DNA of 63,581 nucleotides, filler included, from Bonamia ostreae (Eukaryota): NCBI GenBank assembly GCA_040357525.1. It is 47 parts of 47 records of this genome, joined end to end, with 100 filler letters (N's around TTAATTAATTAA, not from the genome) between each part and the next. Parts side by side here need not be neighbours in the genome. Positions count along the whole stretch, not along the records: positions 23,105 to 24,360 come from JBDODL010002219.1; positions 24,461 to 25,716 come from JBDODL010002220.1; positions 25,817 to 27,072 come from JBDODL010002221.1; positions 27,173 to 28,428 come from JBDODL010002222.1; positions 28,529 to 29,784 come from JBDODL010002223.1; positions 29,885 to 31,140 come from JBDODL010002224.1; positions 31,241 to 32,496 come from JBDODL010002225.1; positions 32,597 to 33,851 come from JBDODL010002226.1; 39 more parts are not named here. One strand, 5' to 3'. Shown piece by piece: positions 23,641 to 36,661 of this stretch (position 1 is its first letter; each line of letters starts with the position of its first letter). The notes under the pieces were generated by a model. It saw only the letters and a program-made list of their open reading frames with translations, ran no database searches and was not told where the DNA came from. The position numbers and the translations under genes were made by a program.

Positions 23641-26581
23641 CTTTCAATGCGTGAAACTAAACTGAATTTCATAAAAAATAACAGATTGCATATTTTAGGA
23701 AAAGGGGGAAGAGATGCTACATGTCTGATGTTTAATTATTCAAACGCATCTTCAATTCATTAGAAGGAGACTAAATTTCCATAAATTATCTCTTCACACA
23801 TTTAATGATATCCATGTATTCAATTCTGAATGGTTGCACACATTTATTCAATTGTTGATAGCATTTATTGATTTGTTGAATTGATGCACGCAATAATGAA
23901 ATTGTTGTATTTAAATGAATCAGTGTTATTAACAATTGAATTGATGAACGCAATCATGCAAAAGATGAGAGCAACAATTCAATAAATACGCACAATAAGT
24001 GAAATATTGCTCACTTGAAATAAATATTATTAATTCAATTGATACGTGCAGCAAATTTCAATAGGAACAATTTTCTAATCAGTGATGTTTTAAATTCAAC
24101 ACATCCGTAATTTGAATAATATTGTTTTAGATTGATCAGTTTTCGTTGCCTTTACTTTTTTGTTTAACTGAATTTGTGGTCTCTTCAATAACGGAATTAA
24201 TGCTAACATGTATTCCTCGAAAGAAATCGTAAAAAGGAATAAGCACATTTTCATTTTTTTTCACGAAAACATACCAATATCTAAATTAATTATCGCTGAC
24301 AAATTGTCCATCACGTTGTTGCTTGGAGCGTTTAACAAGTAATTGAATCCAAGAACTGACNNNNNNNNNNNNNNNNNNNNNNNNNNNNNNNNNNNNNNNN
24401 NNNNTTAATTAATTAANNNNNNNNNNNNNNNNNNNNNNNNNNNNNNNNNNNNNNNNNNNNACAGGTGATAAGGAAATATTGCTACATAACTGTGGCAAGT
24501 TGTGTCCGCTAATATGGTGCCGTTTAGAATATACGCTCATCCCCTTTGAAAAGAAAATATGTACTGCCTATTTTCCCATGTTTCCAAGTTAAAGTCAACG
24601 TAGAATTCTATGATGCCATACAGTGTGCATTTGAGTTTTTGTTATCCTCAGGCTCTATAGGGAAATCATAGGATACACAGGAATGTCTGTTCAGACACTG
24701 TATCCTCAATGGGGCATGTACATTGTTCTTTAAATCAGATTGCGAATTGATCATTTTAAAAAGAATTCTTACGCAAGGGATTTATTTTATCTTCGCACAA
24801 TATCCTTGATCCTGTCCACGAATGAATTATTGAAACAATGATGGACATGTGATTGGAGAATTAAGGCAAGTGTAAATGAAATTCTTGGAAACTATTAAAC
24901 TTCTTGGTAGTATGATTGACAACTCCAGTGTAAGGTTTCTACTTTATTGAATCAAACTCAATGCAGGGAAAAGGCACAACATAATACTCCCCAGTCACAC
25001 CACATACATTATTCATAGGGTTCCACACCACACAATTTTATGACATGATCAGCACTATTATGAGCGTATAGAATTGGCAGAAACTAAACAATTAGTGCAG
25101 AACACAATGATACATAAGTAACAATTGTCCAGGACATAGATTAAAAACTGTTATACAAATTAGAAAATTGACACACTCATATATATATAGATCGATAGAT
25201 AAGTAGATTGATAGATGGATAAATAAATATATAGAGATAGACATATGTATCTATATACACACCAAAACTACATACATATACCTGTACAGGTATCAGTATG
25301 GATGCTACATGTTCTTTTTGGAGGTTTATGTTCCAGCTTGCTTTATGGACATCATATGATACGTTAGTTTAGCTACCAGTGTGTGCTGGTGAGTAGAGGT
25401 TTCCCTTGTTTGTGATAAATGTTTGTAAGGCTACCTGAAGATTGTTAATCAAGATTTGATTGCCTAAATCTGACAAATGAGTTCCATATAAGTGATAAAG
25501 ATATACCTCAAAGGCATTGATGTTGTGATCATGGTCAATAAAATACCACGAAACTTGCTTACCCATATCGTTATGCCTTTATTAATTCTAACTATTTTGA
25601 TTATTTTTCATCTGTCGCCAAGGCATGCAAATTACCAAAGGGGCCGATAAGGGTGTGCGAGTTATATTAGCCAACACTTACAATAGCCCACTTGTCGAAA
25701 TGCGCATCTGGTGCATNNNNNNNNNNNNNNNNNNNNNNNNNNNNNNNNNNNNNNNNNNNNTTAATTAATTAANNNNNNNNNNNNNNNNNNNNNNNNNNNN
25801 NNNNNNNNNNNNNNNNCCCTAAATTATTTTATGACACGTCACAAAATTGTGATTCATGTGTTTTGTGAAATTATTTGTGTTGATTGAGTTGTATATCATC
25901 GTACCTCAGTGAATAAGGTTTTGGGTTACTGACCTGCAGATCTCAAGTTCAAATCTGCTGATTCTTTTGTTATTATTTCTTGAATATTTTTTTAATGATG
26001 TCTCTTTCTCCAAAATTGCACATTTTTGCCTATTTTAACAAATGAAAAACGTATTACATATTGTCATAATTTTAATGATTAAATCATTTGCTGATTTGAT
26101 AATATTTTTTAAGGTGAAGTGAGTCACATACCTTAAAAAAAATATGAGCATACTGTAACCCAGGTATATGCATACCTAAAAACATTAACCCTAGTATTGC
26201 TCTCACCCAATGGTCCAACGATCCTAATTATGATCAATAAATGGAGAACATGAAAATGAAAAGTTTTGCTTCAAAAATGTTTTACAGATTCATTATAGAT
26301 TTTCAGATGCATGTATTTAGGATATACTTTAGACCCCTCCTGGCCTCTTATTTGAAGGTTCGCCACTAAACTTCATATTGCCTAATAGCAACAGGACACA
26401 TTCATTATCTACAGCTTTTGTTCTACTAAATTTGATGTGAACTTTCAATTGCTCTGAAGTGAAAAGGGTGCTTATAGATTATTTAGTCAAAATAATAATG
26501 ATTTTAAATTTTTTTTTGCAGTTTCATGTATATCTGTGGAAATCTGTAACTTTAAAATCCATTTTTTTTAATGATTGATAG

Positions 26582-27030
26582 AAACGTAGAAGAAAACCAG
26601 ATGATTATTCTCTCTTTTAATGTGAAGCTGGTTTGGACAGAGAGGGATTTGAAGTAAAACATATAGATGATAACATAGGTATTTTTTTAAAATTATTTTT
26701 TGAAAGACTACTTTTGTGAAAAAATACAATGTAGTCTCCATATTCAATTTTCAATGACTTCAAAATTTGTAAATATAACTAAAATCTCTACTTAGATTTA
26801 TATCACTATATATACATTATATATGATTTCTCATCATGGGTATGATAATCTGTTTTCAGGGTGTGGTCTCTTTGCTGTTGACAGTTTTGTAAAGGGGTCA
26901 TTTCTTCTTGAATACCTTGGTGAGATGATATCCGTTGAGGAAGTAGATGTAAGAGAGAGAGAGAAAACAGAGGAAAAGTCCCCATTCATACATGTACTAT
27001 TTCATCTGGAATGGGAAAAAATGGAAAGTA
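26582..27030 (+). pseudogene. SET-domain (SETD8-like) gene fragment with stop/frameshift; animal
   Basis: Two exons: GFEVKHIDDNI|GCGLFAVDSFVKGSFLLEYLGEMIS. In-frame TAA in the first exon; the YM(Y)F motif is shifted out of frame. Confidence 0.7.
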
Positions 27031-28539
27031 TAGTAATTGAAAAACACTTGACCGACCACTTTAAATCTATGANNNNNNNNNNNNNNNNNNNNNNNNNNNN
27101 NNNNNNNNNNNNNNNNTTAATTAATTAANNNNNNNNNNNNNNNNNNNNNNNNNNNNNNNNNNNNNNNNNNNNAGGATGACGCATTGTCTGCAGGAAATCC
27201 GTTTTTATAGTAAACATGGTTATTGTAACGATTCTCATTTTGTAATATTCATATATAATTTTTGTCAGATCTTCCACATGTTTGATATTTCGATTATGTT
27301 ATTTTGAGAATTTTGTAAAGCCAAAAAAAAAAAAAAAAAAAAATGTGGTACTGTATAAGTTTTACATATATGAATAAATCATCAACAATCTTCTTTCTTA
27401 TTACTCCACTACATGTGGTTAAATTATTCAATAGGGTGTTTGCGTCACATCTTTCCTGAAATGTTTGATGAAATATAACTCGGTTAGCAATGTCTGCTTT
27501 CAAAATAAAGAACACACGATATTAGTTTGACATAAGGACAGTACATACATATGAGTATACTTACAATGCACCAACACATTGTTTTGAGAAGTTTGCACTA
27601 TAACCCCCTTTGTGACTTTGGGAGACATATTCAGATACAAGTTCGCTTAGGGTTCGATTAGAAGGGTATGTATCATTATCGACCATTGTTCGAAGCGCAC
27701 ATGTAGGGAAGCGCACATGAAAAAATATCCCCTTTACCTTTTTTCAGGATTGCTTGAAGGAACTAAATTTGATGTAATAAGGATATATTCTGAGTGCTTC
27801 ATGCGTTAATTTCTGAAAGTCACATTTCATCAGGATATATATATATCAGTAAAATATCGTCCCAACCGCTAATTCAGTGGGCTAGCTCGATAGGTTGAAT
27901 ATATTTAGATTGAGACTTTGTGTTGAACAGGAGTTTCATGTTTTCCCAAAACAGACTCTATGAAAGCAAATTTTCTACACACGCAACGCAAGATACGTTC
28001 AAAGTTTTCAGTTTTAATCCTACATGTCTTCCATATTCTCTCCAGTGACAATTCTCTTTATTGTGCTATTCCTGTTAAAGTAGTGTCATTCTTTGAATGT
28101 TTGAAATGTTTGACATAATGAAATTAAGTATAAATATAACACATCATCACAAATTTCAGCGTAACCCATGAATGAATCAATGTTTTTTGTTTCATATGTA
28201 GAAAGACTGCGAATATGACATAGCAAATTCTGACCGGACTTGGAAAACTCGTTCTAAATGAAAAGTTACTAAACTATATCTCCAATCCAAATCCAAATTA
28301 TTACAAATGGAACTCGATAAACTACATCTCTAATCCAGATTCGAAGAATATGGAACTCACTCAGCTATATTTCTATGCCATATGTCCGGGAGAAGATGCC
28401 TCAGATTGCTGAGATCTGTTTTCGAATCNNNNNNNNNNNNNNNNNNNNNNNNNNNNNNNNNNNNNNNNNNNNTTAATTAATTAANNNNNNNNNNNNNNNN
28501 NNNNNNNNNNNNNNNNNNNNNNNNNNNNTAATCAAAAAT

Positions 28540-29560
28540 TTATCCGCCGCCGGGAACTTTGACCAACCTCTCTTTTTCCTGCGTCATCTCTTTCCCCGTC
28601 TCCGGGTCCACCGACTCGATCGACCGCGTCGTTTTGCAATATTCTCTCAACCGATTGATCTCTTTCTGCCATTCCGCGAACTTCTGGTCAATGTACTCTT
28701 CTTTCTCCACTTGGAACCCCATTTTGAGCAGCAATTGCAGATAGTCGTCGATCGATCTGTCGAACGCTCTGAGCGAATTCTCCGCGCATTCTTTGTCGTA
28801 GCGGTTTTCCTGTTCGAGCAACATCGCGTTCTCTCTGCTGTAGTCGTCCGGGTACGTGTTGTAGCCGTTTCCGAAGCCTCCGCCGGCGAGGTTCTCTTCC
28901 GTCTCGCGCGCAAAATCGGGCAGCTCTGCCAACTCCTCGTCCTTGGAACGTCTGTACGACCGGTTTATGTTGATGTCTATTTGTTCCAGGTCCTTGTAGA
29001 GCTCTTCGAGGAGCAAAGACGATTTCTCTGACATTTCGGCGCCCGAGCGAATTTTTTGCTTTATGTCGTTTTGGAGCGTAGTGCGGACTCCTTTTCTGAT
29101 CAAGTCGGGGCCGATGGACTTGGCTTCTTCGGAGTGGCGCGAGTGGTCGGAGAGAATTTCGTTTCGGGCTTTGTCGGTCAGATGGTCGAAGTAGTAGGCG
29201 CCGTAGTCGGAATTGTCGGTGGCGTCGAACTCGGCTTTGATCGCTTCGACGATTCCGGGTGTTTTGATGGTGTTTCTCCAGTAGTCCCAGTCGATTTTGT
29301 CGATTTGGACGGGATCGAAGTCGCAGTCTGTTTCGATGTTTTCGCAGTGTTTCTTGAACTCGAGAGCCTTTTTTCGGGCGAAAGACGGGTATTGTTTTAT
29401 CCAGTCGTCCCTTTGCAGGAAATGAGGAAAGTTGTTACCAGTCGATTGCGGGGAGGGTGACGTTGTTGACTGTTCTCGTTGTCAGTTTTGCTTTTTTGAA
29501 GGTCGTTACAGTCAGTCGTTTTGTTTTGTTGAGTATTTTCGAAGATCTGTTTGCGAACAT
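28540..29560 (-). CDS. ATP5PD: Mitochondrial ATP synthase subunit d-like protein with presequence and C-terminal extension; protist
   Basis: Basic Ser/Thr-rich N-terminus (MFANRSSKILNKTKRLTVTTFKKAKLTTR); IDW; KIDWDYWRNTIKTPGIVEAIKAEFD; DEELAELPDFARETEENL. 28-nt intron at 29411-29438. C/G-ending codon bias typical of a highly expressed gene. Confidence 0.7.
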
Positions 29561-29884
29561 GTTTAATGTCTAAATGTAATTATATTGTTTAGGGTTAACG
29601 TCTAAATTGATTTTTGCAAAACGGGCTAAGTTTTGTTATGTCGGTTATGTTTTGAATTATAATCAGTTTGATGTGTTTTCTGATAGTTCAACCAAAATTG
29701 CGATTTTGAAATATACTTTTTTGCGATTTAAAAATTTATTAATTAAAAATAACAGCTAAAAATGTCAAGCAATTTAATTACAACNNNNNNNNNNNNNNNN
29801 NNNNNNNNNNNNNNNNNNNNNNNNNNNNTTAATTAATTAANNNNNNNNNNNNNNNNNNNNNNNNNNNNNNNNNNNNNNNNNNNN

Positions 29885-31050
29885 AACAGAATCCAACGAT
29901 TCTTAGATACAATTTTTTTTTGTTTTTCCTTGCATAGGAAAGAATTCGATTTATGACATTTGTTACAGTTGGCACATTTTAAATTTGTTTTTTGATTGCA
30001 TTCTTTTGATTGATGATTATTGGCACAAAAACGACATACTACATTAGTATTTATACAAATTTCAGCTGAATGGCCAAATTTTTGACATCTATAACATTGA
30101 ACAACTTTTTTTTATCAATATACCTTGAAATTTTAAATTCTCGTCGTGCGACAGTGAATTTTTTAGCTTTGATTAACATGTCATATGAACTTTTTTCTTC
30201 TAAATTTATAAATCCTGTACTAAAGTGTTCATTATTTTTTAATTTTTTAAAAGTTAGACTTCTAATTTTTACATCGATTTCTCTGAAATAACGAGTAATG
30301 TCTTCTTCAGATATATACCTGGGGATATGGTGAATAACTATTTTGTACATACTATGTGAATTTTCAGTTAAAATAGCTTTGTCACCAAATTTTTTAATAT
30401 CAGTACTTTTTAAAGCTTTAACTTTGTCCTCTATGTTATTAAAAAATATACGAATGTCGCCAAACGGCAATAAATCACACTCAACTGCGTCCTTAAATGT
30501 TTCACACACAAAAGATTTTAGTTTAAAGTTATTTAAAAACATTCTTTTATTATCAGCATTTTTAATCAACAATGAAAAATAATTTTTACTATCGAATTTT
30601 TTATTTAAATTGTGTTGAGATAAAAATTTTCTTTTTTTAGTATAATTGTTTTTAAAAGTATTTTCACTTACTTGTTTATGAGAATTTTGTGTGGGAGGTA
30701 TAATTTCGGCATAAGACGATTTGGTTTTTTTTGAGAATACGTCGTAGCCCTCATTTTTGAGCCAGTTAATGTACTTTTCTGCTCTCATTTCTTTCGAGCT
30801 TTTTTTCTGGATGTCAAAAGGCGCTTTTTTATTTTCGTTAGCCGCGTCGAATAATTTTTTAGTCTTTAATGACAATCCATTTTTTTTAAGTTTTTTCGAT
30901 ATAATTTTTTTGGGTGCGGTTTTTATGTTATCCTCTAAGAGCGCTGCGTCAGACAGAGGGGGGGTGTCTGATGACTTATAACACTCTTGCGACTGCGGTT
31001 CACTCTCGACCATTGTCATGTGCAGTAGATGGAATTGTTCTTGGGGTTTA
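29885..31050 (-). mobile_element. Non-LTR retrotransposon ORF1 (gag-like, RRM-like region + three Zn knuckles; I/Jockey-type)
   Basis: 322-aa ORF. After a frameshift in an A8 run it continues VVQCYRCQKFGHSAEIC..VCRFCANNHQSKEC...KCANCNKCHKSNSFLC. Confidence 0.85.
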
Positions 31051-31140
31051 GGGTGAGGGGTGGGGGGCGGGGGAGGGTTAGGGGTAGGGGGAGGGTTCGG
31101 GGGAGGGGGCGGGGGCGGGTGAGGGGGCGGGGGAGGGGGC
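31044..31140 (+). repeat. Degenerate telomere-like hexamer array (GGGTTA/GGGTTC variants) at the contig end
   Basis: 31051-31140 splits exactly into 15 hexamers GGG-[TG][TG]-[ACG], including GGGTTA, GGGTTC, GGGTGA and GGGGTA, preceded by GGGGTTTA. Confidence 0.6.
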
Positions 31141-31402
31141 NNNNNNNNNNNNNNNNNNNNNNNNNNNNNNNNNNNNNNNNNNNNTTAATTAATTAANNNN
31201 NNNNNNNNNNNNNNNNNNNNNNNNNNNNNNNNNNNNNNNNCCTTGCAATAACCTTGGTAGAATATGGTTTAAATATTTCATAGGAACAAAAAGGATAAAA
31301 TCCTCTGATGAAAAACAGCAAGACTAGGTTAACGTTATGGCCCATTGACGTTTTATATCATAGGACAGATGCATAACATTGCGTTTTGTTTTGTTTTTTA
31401 AG

Positions 31403-32187
31403 GAAGGACAGTCATATCTGTATCAACATCAGATATCTGTGAAGGACACTTTAACCACTTTTCGTCGTTATTCAAATTACCATACGATATCCAATGGGAG
31501 GATAAGAAGAATTATACTAATATAGATGCAACCCAACCGTGCCTGATAGTGTGCTGCACTGGATCAAGAGTAGATGATGATATAAAAAGGGATTTGAGTG
31601 ACGTAAATCTTACAGGTAAACGCAATGTACTGTGAAATTATATATTCTGTATGAGTATATCTGCGTTGTTATTGTTAGTGTTTTAATTGGGAGCCCACAA
31701 ACAAGACTCATATTTCAATCAATATAATCCCCAGATGAAAATGGTTGACTATGCTGTACACACAAGTATAAATCAGAATAAGCATAACAAAATCAGTTAC
31801 AGATGTTGATTTGTTGGAAAACTGAAAAAGCGCAAACGGATTTATAGTCTGTGATCTATTAGGTGCAAGGATAGTTTTCTTCCATCACATGTCTTTTAGA
31901 TATAATTTAACAATAGTCCAAGATGTACGAACTTTACAAACATGCCGGGTTCTTCTGGTTTTTATTTTCTTCTCTCTTTTAATTTAGATAGCAATGCAAT
32001 GCTAGTGGTAATGAATCACTGTGCCAAGAATAAGACACCTGATCGACTTCTGTGGGAAAAGCCAGATAAAGTTAAATGTTTCACTATTATTGTATTTTGG
32101 AACGATGTAGCTTATGTATGCGATTTGAATAAAACAGCTTGTAAAAAAATCAAAGAATATTGCGATGGATTTTCGAAAACGGCATAG
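31403..32187 (+). CDS. Last two exons of an uncharacterised alpha/beta-domain protein; animal
   Basis: Exon ...PCLIVCCTGSRVDDDIKRDLS.. with a GTAAAC donor, then DSNAMLVVMNHC...IVFWNDVAYVCDLNKTA. Resembles a recalled aquatic-animal family (FCPIVSR.GTDI..AL / LVVLHH / CLF.ED..L.C..N..A). Confidence 0.5.
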
Positions 32188-33499
32188 TCCAAGAACCAGT
32201 TGGAGAATAATATCGAATGACTGAGTGGTGGAATGTCGGTTTACATCTGGCAGATATGAAATTGATTCAATCGCATATAAACACGTGTATAACATGTATT
32301 TGTAAGCGAGCTAAATTCTTAATTTTTGCAAAGATGTACTTTTGAGGGTCCTGATAGTTTTACAAGCCATTGTTCTAGTGCTTGTGTGAATTCAAATATT
32401 CTTTCCAAGTCATACAAACGTATTTGACTTGTCTTTCACTTCCATATTTTTTGTCATGTCAATTTGTTGCACAAATAAAAACCAAACTGTCCTTTGNNNN
32501 NNNNNNNNNNNNNNNNNNNNNNNNNNNNNNNNNNNNNNNNTTAATTAATTAANNNNNNNNNNNNNNNNNNNNNNNNNNNNNNNNNNNNNNNNNNNNAGTG
32601 TTTGTCACATCTCATTTTGTTCATAACATGATATTGTCTATTACGCAAGATATATGTAAACAGAAACATAGCACAAGCTTTGCTTACATAATAAAGGATT
32701 GTGAGTGATGTTTCTCTCTTGTAACTTCATAACCAATAGTCGAATTTTGGTTGACCAATCAAAATATTTTAGCTAAGCAGTGTAGACAATGAAAATGTAA
32801 ACATAACATTGTAATATTTACAGATTAAATCGTGCCCTTGCCCTTTTATCGTACATTCGTGATCAATTCAAAATAGTCAAGTGATAACATCGTATACCAG
32901 CTATTCATATTCATTGCTAAAATATATAATGTATTCATAATACAAACATGTTGATGATGCATATGTTGTATGAATTATAAATTTATACATGTGCTGATAC
33001 TATTGTTCATTTTATGATATTTCTTTTGCAAGTGTTTGTTAGATTTCCTGATCACTGTATTCACTTTACATGTGTGCAAATCTTGTAATAAAAATACAAA
33101 AATAGAAACAATAACACATTTTTTCCTTTTTTGTTTCTATATTTGGATATGCACATGTACAACTAATTATGTTAGAACACCAAAGAATGTAATTCCGCAG
33201 CGGGCACTCGTTTGCAATCAGGAAATTATTTATTTATTCATAACGATTTGTGTCCTCTTAGAAAACCTGTTGTATTCATATGATGGGAAAATATTGGATT
33301 AAAGAACACCACGGAATTAGTATAGCAACAGAAAGATATATCAATGCATTTCCCAAGAAAACTAAATACAAAGCAACTGACCCACTTTCTCATTACCTAG
33401 ATTAATCTGATACCGTAAATGTTTATTCCAAGAGCCGATGAAACAGCTAAAATGATATTTAGTGTCTATTGCTTTCATCGTCACATTTATACACTGACA

Positions 33500-33620
33500 T
33501 ATTCACAGGATGTTTTGACTTTCAATCCGACAATTACAAATAGATACATAGACGACATTATATATGTTAACAATTATAATTTCCATTCATTTCTCGAATT
33601 GATACATCCCACCATAGTAT
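33500..33620 (+). mobile_element. Penelope-like RT remnant
   Basis: FNPTITNRYIDDIIYVNNYNFHSFLELIHP matches the FN.TFRYIDDVLS.NN..FHSY...IYP motif of mollusc Penelope-type elements. Confidence 0.65.
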
Positions 33621-34993
33621 TCCACCTCTTCTTCAAATTTAAACATTCTATTGTACATGTACTCAACTTTATTACAAACGAAACTTTATGGGAATTATGG
33701 TGTTGATCACTTTTTGTAATATCCAACTTTTCACACAAGAATTACACCCTTGACTTTGAAAATTTAATTTCCAATGTCATTGATTGATTTTTTACAATGA
33801 GAAGATTCAGATAACAATGATGAATCTCATAATTCCTATAATGAATACAAANNNNNNNNNNNNNNNNNNNNNNNNNNNNNNNNNNNNNNNNNNNNTTAAT
33901 TAATTAANNNNNNNNNNNNNNNNNNNNNNNNNNNNNNNNNNNNNNNNNNNNGTTATAAGTGTTTGAATAAAATTGGGCATTTATGTATGTTTAAAGAACT
34001 AGTACATGTAATTATCACCGCCAAGAAATGGATATCATGCATCATTTGGTGGTATTTTAAAGTTATCCAGGTAAACGTGATGAGTTTTTTTTTTCAACAG
34101 ATACGATGAGGTAATTTGATTTACCGATACTTATACCAATGTGTTAAAGCCCAGAAAAAATCTACATATTTATATTGTTGATAAGCAGACCTAATTCTGA
34201 CTATGTAACAATAAAATCAATTTTCATATTCAATACTTATGTAAACTTTGTATTCAGGAAAAAAAAGAAAATTTAAACAAGACAAGATAAAATATAATAA
34301 GTTCAGGGTTCTACATAGATTATTTTAATATCAGTGTAAGATTCGAATACATTTAATTGAAACGAAATTAAGGTGTAATTGGAATTGCAGTCGAATTCGC
34401 AATCTATTTAATCAAATTATAATTACTTTAATAAAAATGTTTCAATATGAAATGCTTCAAATTACTCGAATGGTTGCAATTAATTACCTTCAATTGCTAT
34501 CACACTTTTCAATCCCTACCAATAATAGACACTTAGAGTAATTAAAGATAGTACAACACACATAAATTCATGGCTAAAAATATCCCTTACTGTCCATATG
34601 AAAAATTAAACTTAAAATCCATTCATAGCTACGCACAATACAACGATGAAGGCAGCATTTTTCACTTACATTTCTTTGTGTGTTGTTTTCCATCACATTC
34701 GGGGGTTTTCTATTCGTATCTAGATGTCACTAGGTATAAGTAAAAATCCAAAATGTTTAAGTTATACATGATTCACAAGGCCCTAGCACATGAATATCCG
34801 TCTATGTTAAATGCCTATGGTTTGACATAACATTGGAATAGAGAATCGACACTGAGACCTTCTGGTTGAAAATCAAACGCACTATCCACCGGCGAATTAC
34901 TGCAACCATTAAATTATATTTAATCCCTCTCTTTCTTCTTAACTCACCAGCATATATTCTTTAATTTAGTATGAAAATATATTTTAGAAAAAT

Positions 34994-35206
34994 ATGGCAC
35001 ACCAACAGACGAATGTTTATCCAGAGACAGCTATCACAAATATTACAAAAGGTTCCGACAAAAAAGAAGATCTAATGCTCATAATGACAGCCAATTCCAA
35101 ATGGGATCATTTTTTTCTTTCTGCTCCAATGTCAATATCTGTGCTTGGGGAGTTGCTTCTGGTGAATGTTGATAGTGCAATATCTCTGAAACACAGATGT
35201 CCTGAT
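34994..35206 (+). CDS. First coding exon of an uncharacterised animal protein
   Basis: KWDHFFLSAPMSISVLGELLLV resembles a recalled fish/mollusc family N-terminus (NWEEYL.PAPLSIAILGEL.FIS). AG acceptor just upstream; truncated by the contig end. Confidence 0.45.
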
Positions 35207-35855
35207 NNNNNNNNNNNNNNNNNNNNNNNNNNNNNNNNNNNNNNNNNNNNTTAATTAATTAANNNNNNNNNNNNNNNNNNNNNNNNNNNNNNNNNNNNNN
35301 NNNNNNCAACTAAGCTCGATCTGTATGCTTTATGCAGTAATGAACAATAGTCGATTGCATGGAGTCTGCACTCTACTGTATCTAATTCTTTTACATCCTT
35401 GAATTCCAAAATGCAATATATTATATTCGTATTCGGCAAGAAATACCCCATAAAAATAACAATGAAGAACTCAGATGAAATCAATGACCCTGTCAAATAA
35501 AAAAAATAATGTTCAATAACGAATGCATCAATTTTCAATAATGTTTGTTTAAAATAAAGTATTTACGTTATTTTTTTTCAAATAACGTGGTTGCATTATG
35601 CTCCTGACTGTTTTGTCTGTTAGAAAATTTTGTCACTGATTTGAAATTTAGAATGCATGGACATAAATAATCAGCAACTGCATTTAGCTTAAAATATATT
35701 TACAAAGTATGTATGATATTTCATGTAAGACATTTCACCATCACTGAATTTCCATTTGTTAGAGAGGACAATATAGGTATTAATTTCACATTTATGCATA
35801 CATAAACTGAATGCGTTTAATATCTGAAATAACGAATCATTTTCTCTCTATATAG

Positions 35856-36550
35856 GGCACTGTATAGAATACAATGAGGTTGGAAATCGGATACAAGACG
35901 ACTACAGGAGGAACTGTTCAGCAATGAACCCCCCATGTCCATCTCGCTACAAATCAATAGAAGCCTATAAATGTGAGTAAATTAATGGAGTTAGAAAGAA
36001 GTTAACAATGAAGCATGTACATGTATACAGATGCACATCCATAGTTACTCACTTTCAGCAAAACGAACATGGTGTAGACAGGAACCAATCTATACATGTA
36101 TGACATAGGTATTACATGTATTATAGACACAAATAATCACATACACCAACAGGATTTATATTGTAGTTTAATTGGCACCATTTGTTTGTGAGCTAATTCA
36201 TTATCAATGCCAAAAATGAAGTCCTCTTATATAGAATAATGCTGTCAGCAAGCACTAATTCAATCTTATGATTGCTGTAAGTAATTCATTATATTTGTAA
36301 TTATCAGTGGGTGTATATATATATTATTTGTTTACATTGAAATAGCAAGGTGTTCTTGTTTTGCAATGGTCTAAAATCTAGCCAGAATGTCATAAAAAGA
36401 TTAAATCAGTAACTTGCTACATGTTCCTGTGTTGTGTGATCTTTTTCTTTAGACCAAGGGTGCTACCAAACAGGCAAACAATCTACAGACATTTACAGCA
36501 CATCAATGCCTAGTACAACAAAGGAAACAAAGAAAGAAACAGATAATGGG
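35856..36550 (+). CDS. Exons of a Cys-rich extracellular protein of a bivalve-expanded family
   Basis: AG|HCIEYNEVGNRIQDDYRRNCSAMNPPCPSRYKSIEAYK|GTGAGT, then AG|(Y)QGCYQ followed by a Thr/Ser-rich stalk. Confidence 0.55.
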
Positions 36551-36661
36551 TGTGTATTCCANNNNNNNNNNNNNNNNNNNNNNNNNNNNNNNNNNNNNNN
36601 NNNNNTTAATTAATTAANNNNNNNNNNNNNNNNNNNNNNNNNNNNNNNNNNNNNNNNNNNN

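Noticed and set aside
25895-25965. tRNA-like A/B-box sequence (also ~34830-34895, minus strand)
   Set aside because: No complete cloverleaf can be drawn; at most decayed SINE heads.
28559-29460. Several overlapping ORFs on both strands over the ATP synthase d gene (likewise 4100-4513, 19295-19870, 51635-52644)
   Set aside because: Antisense or off-frame shadows of codon-biased real genes, with no motifs.
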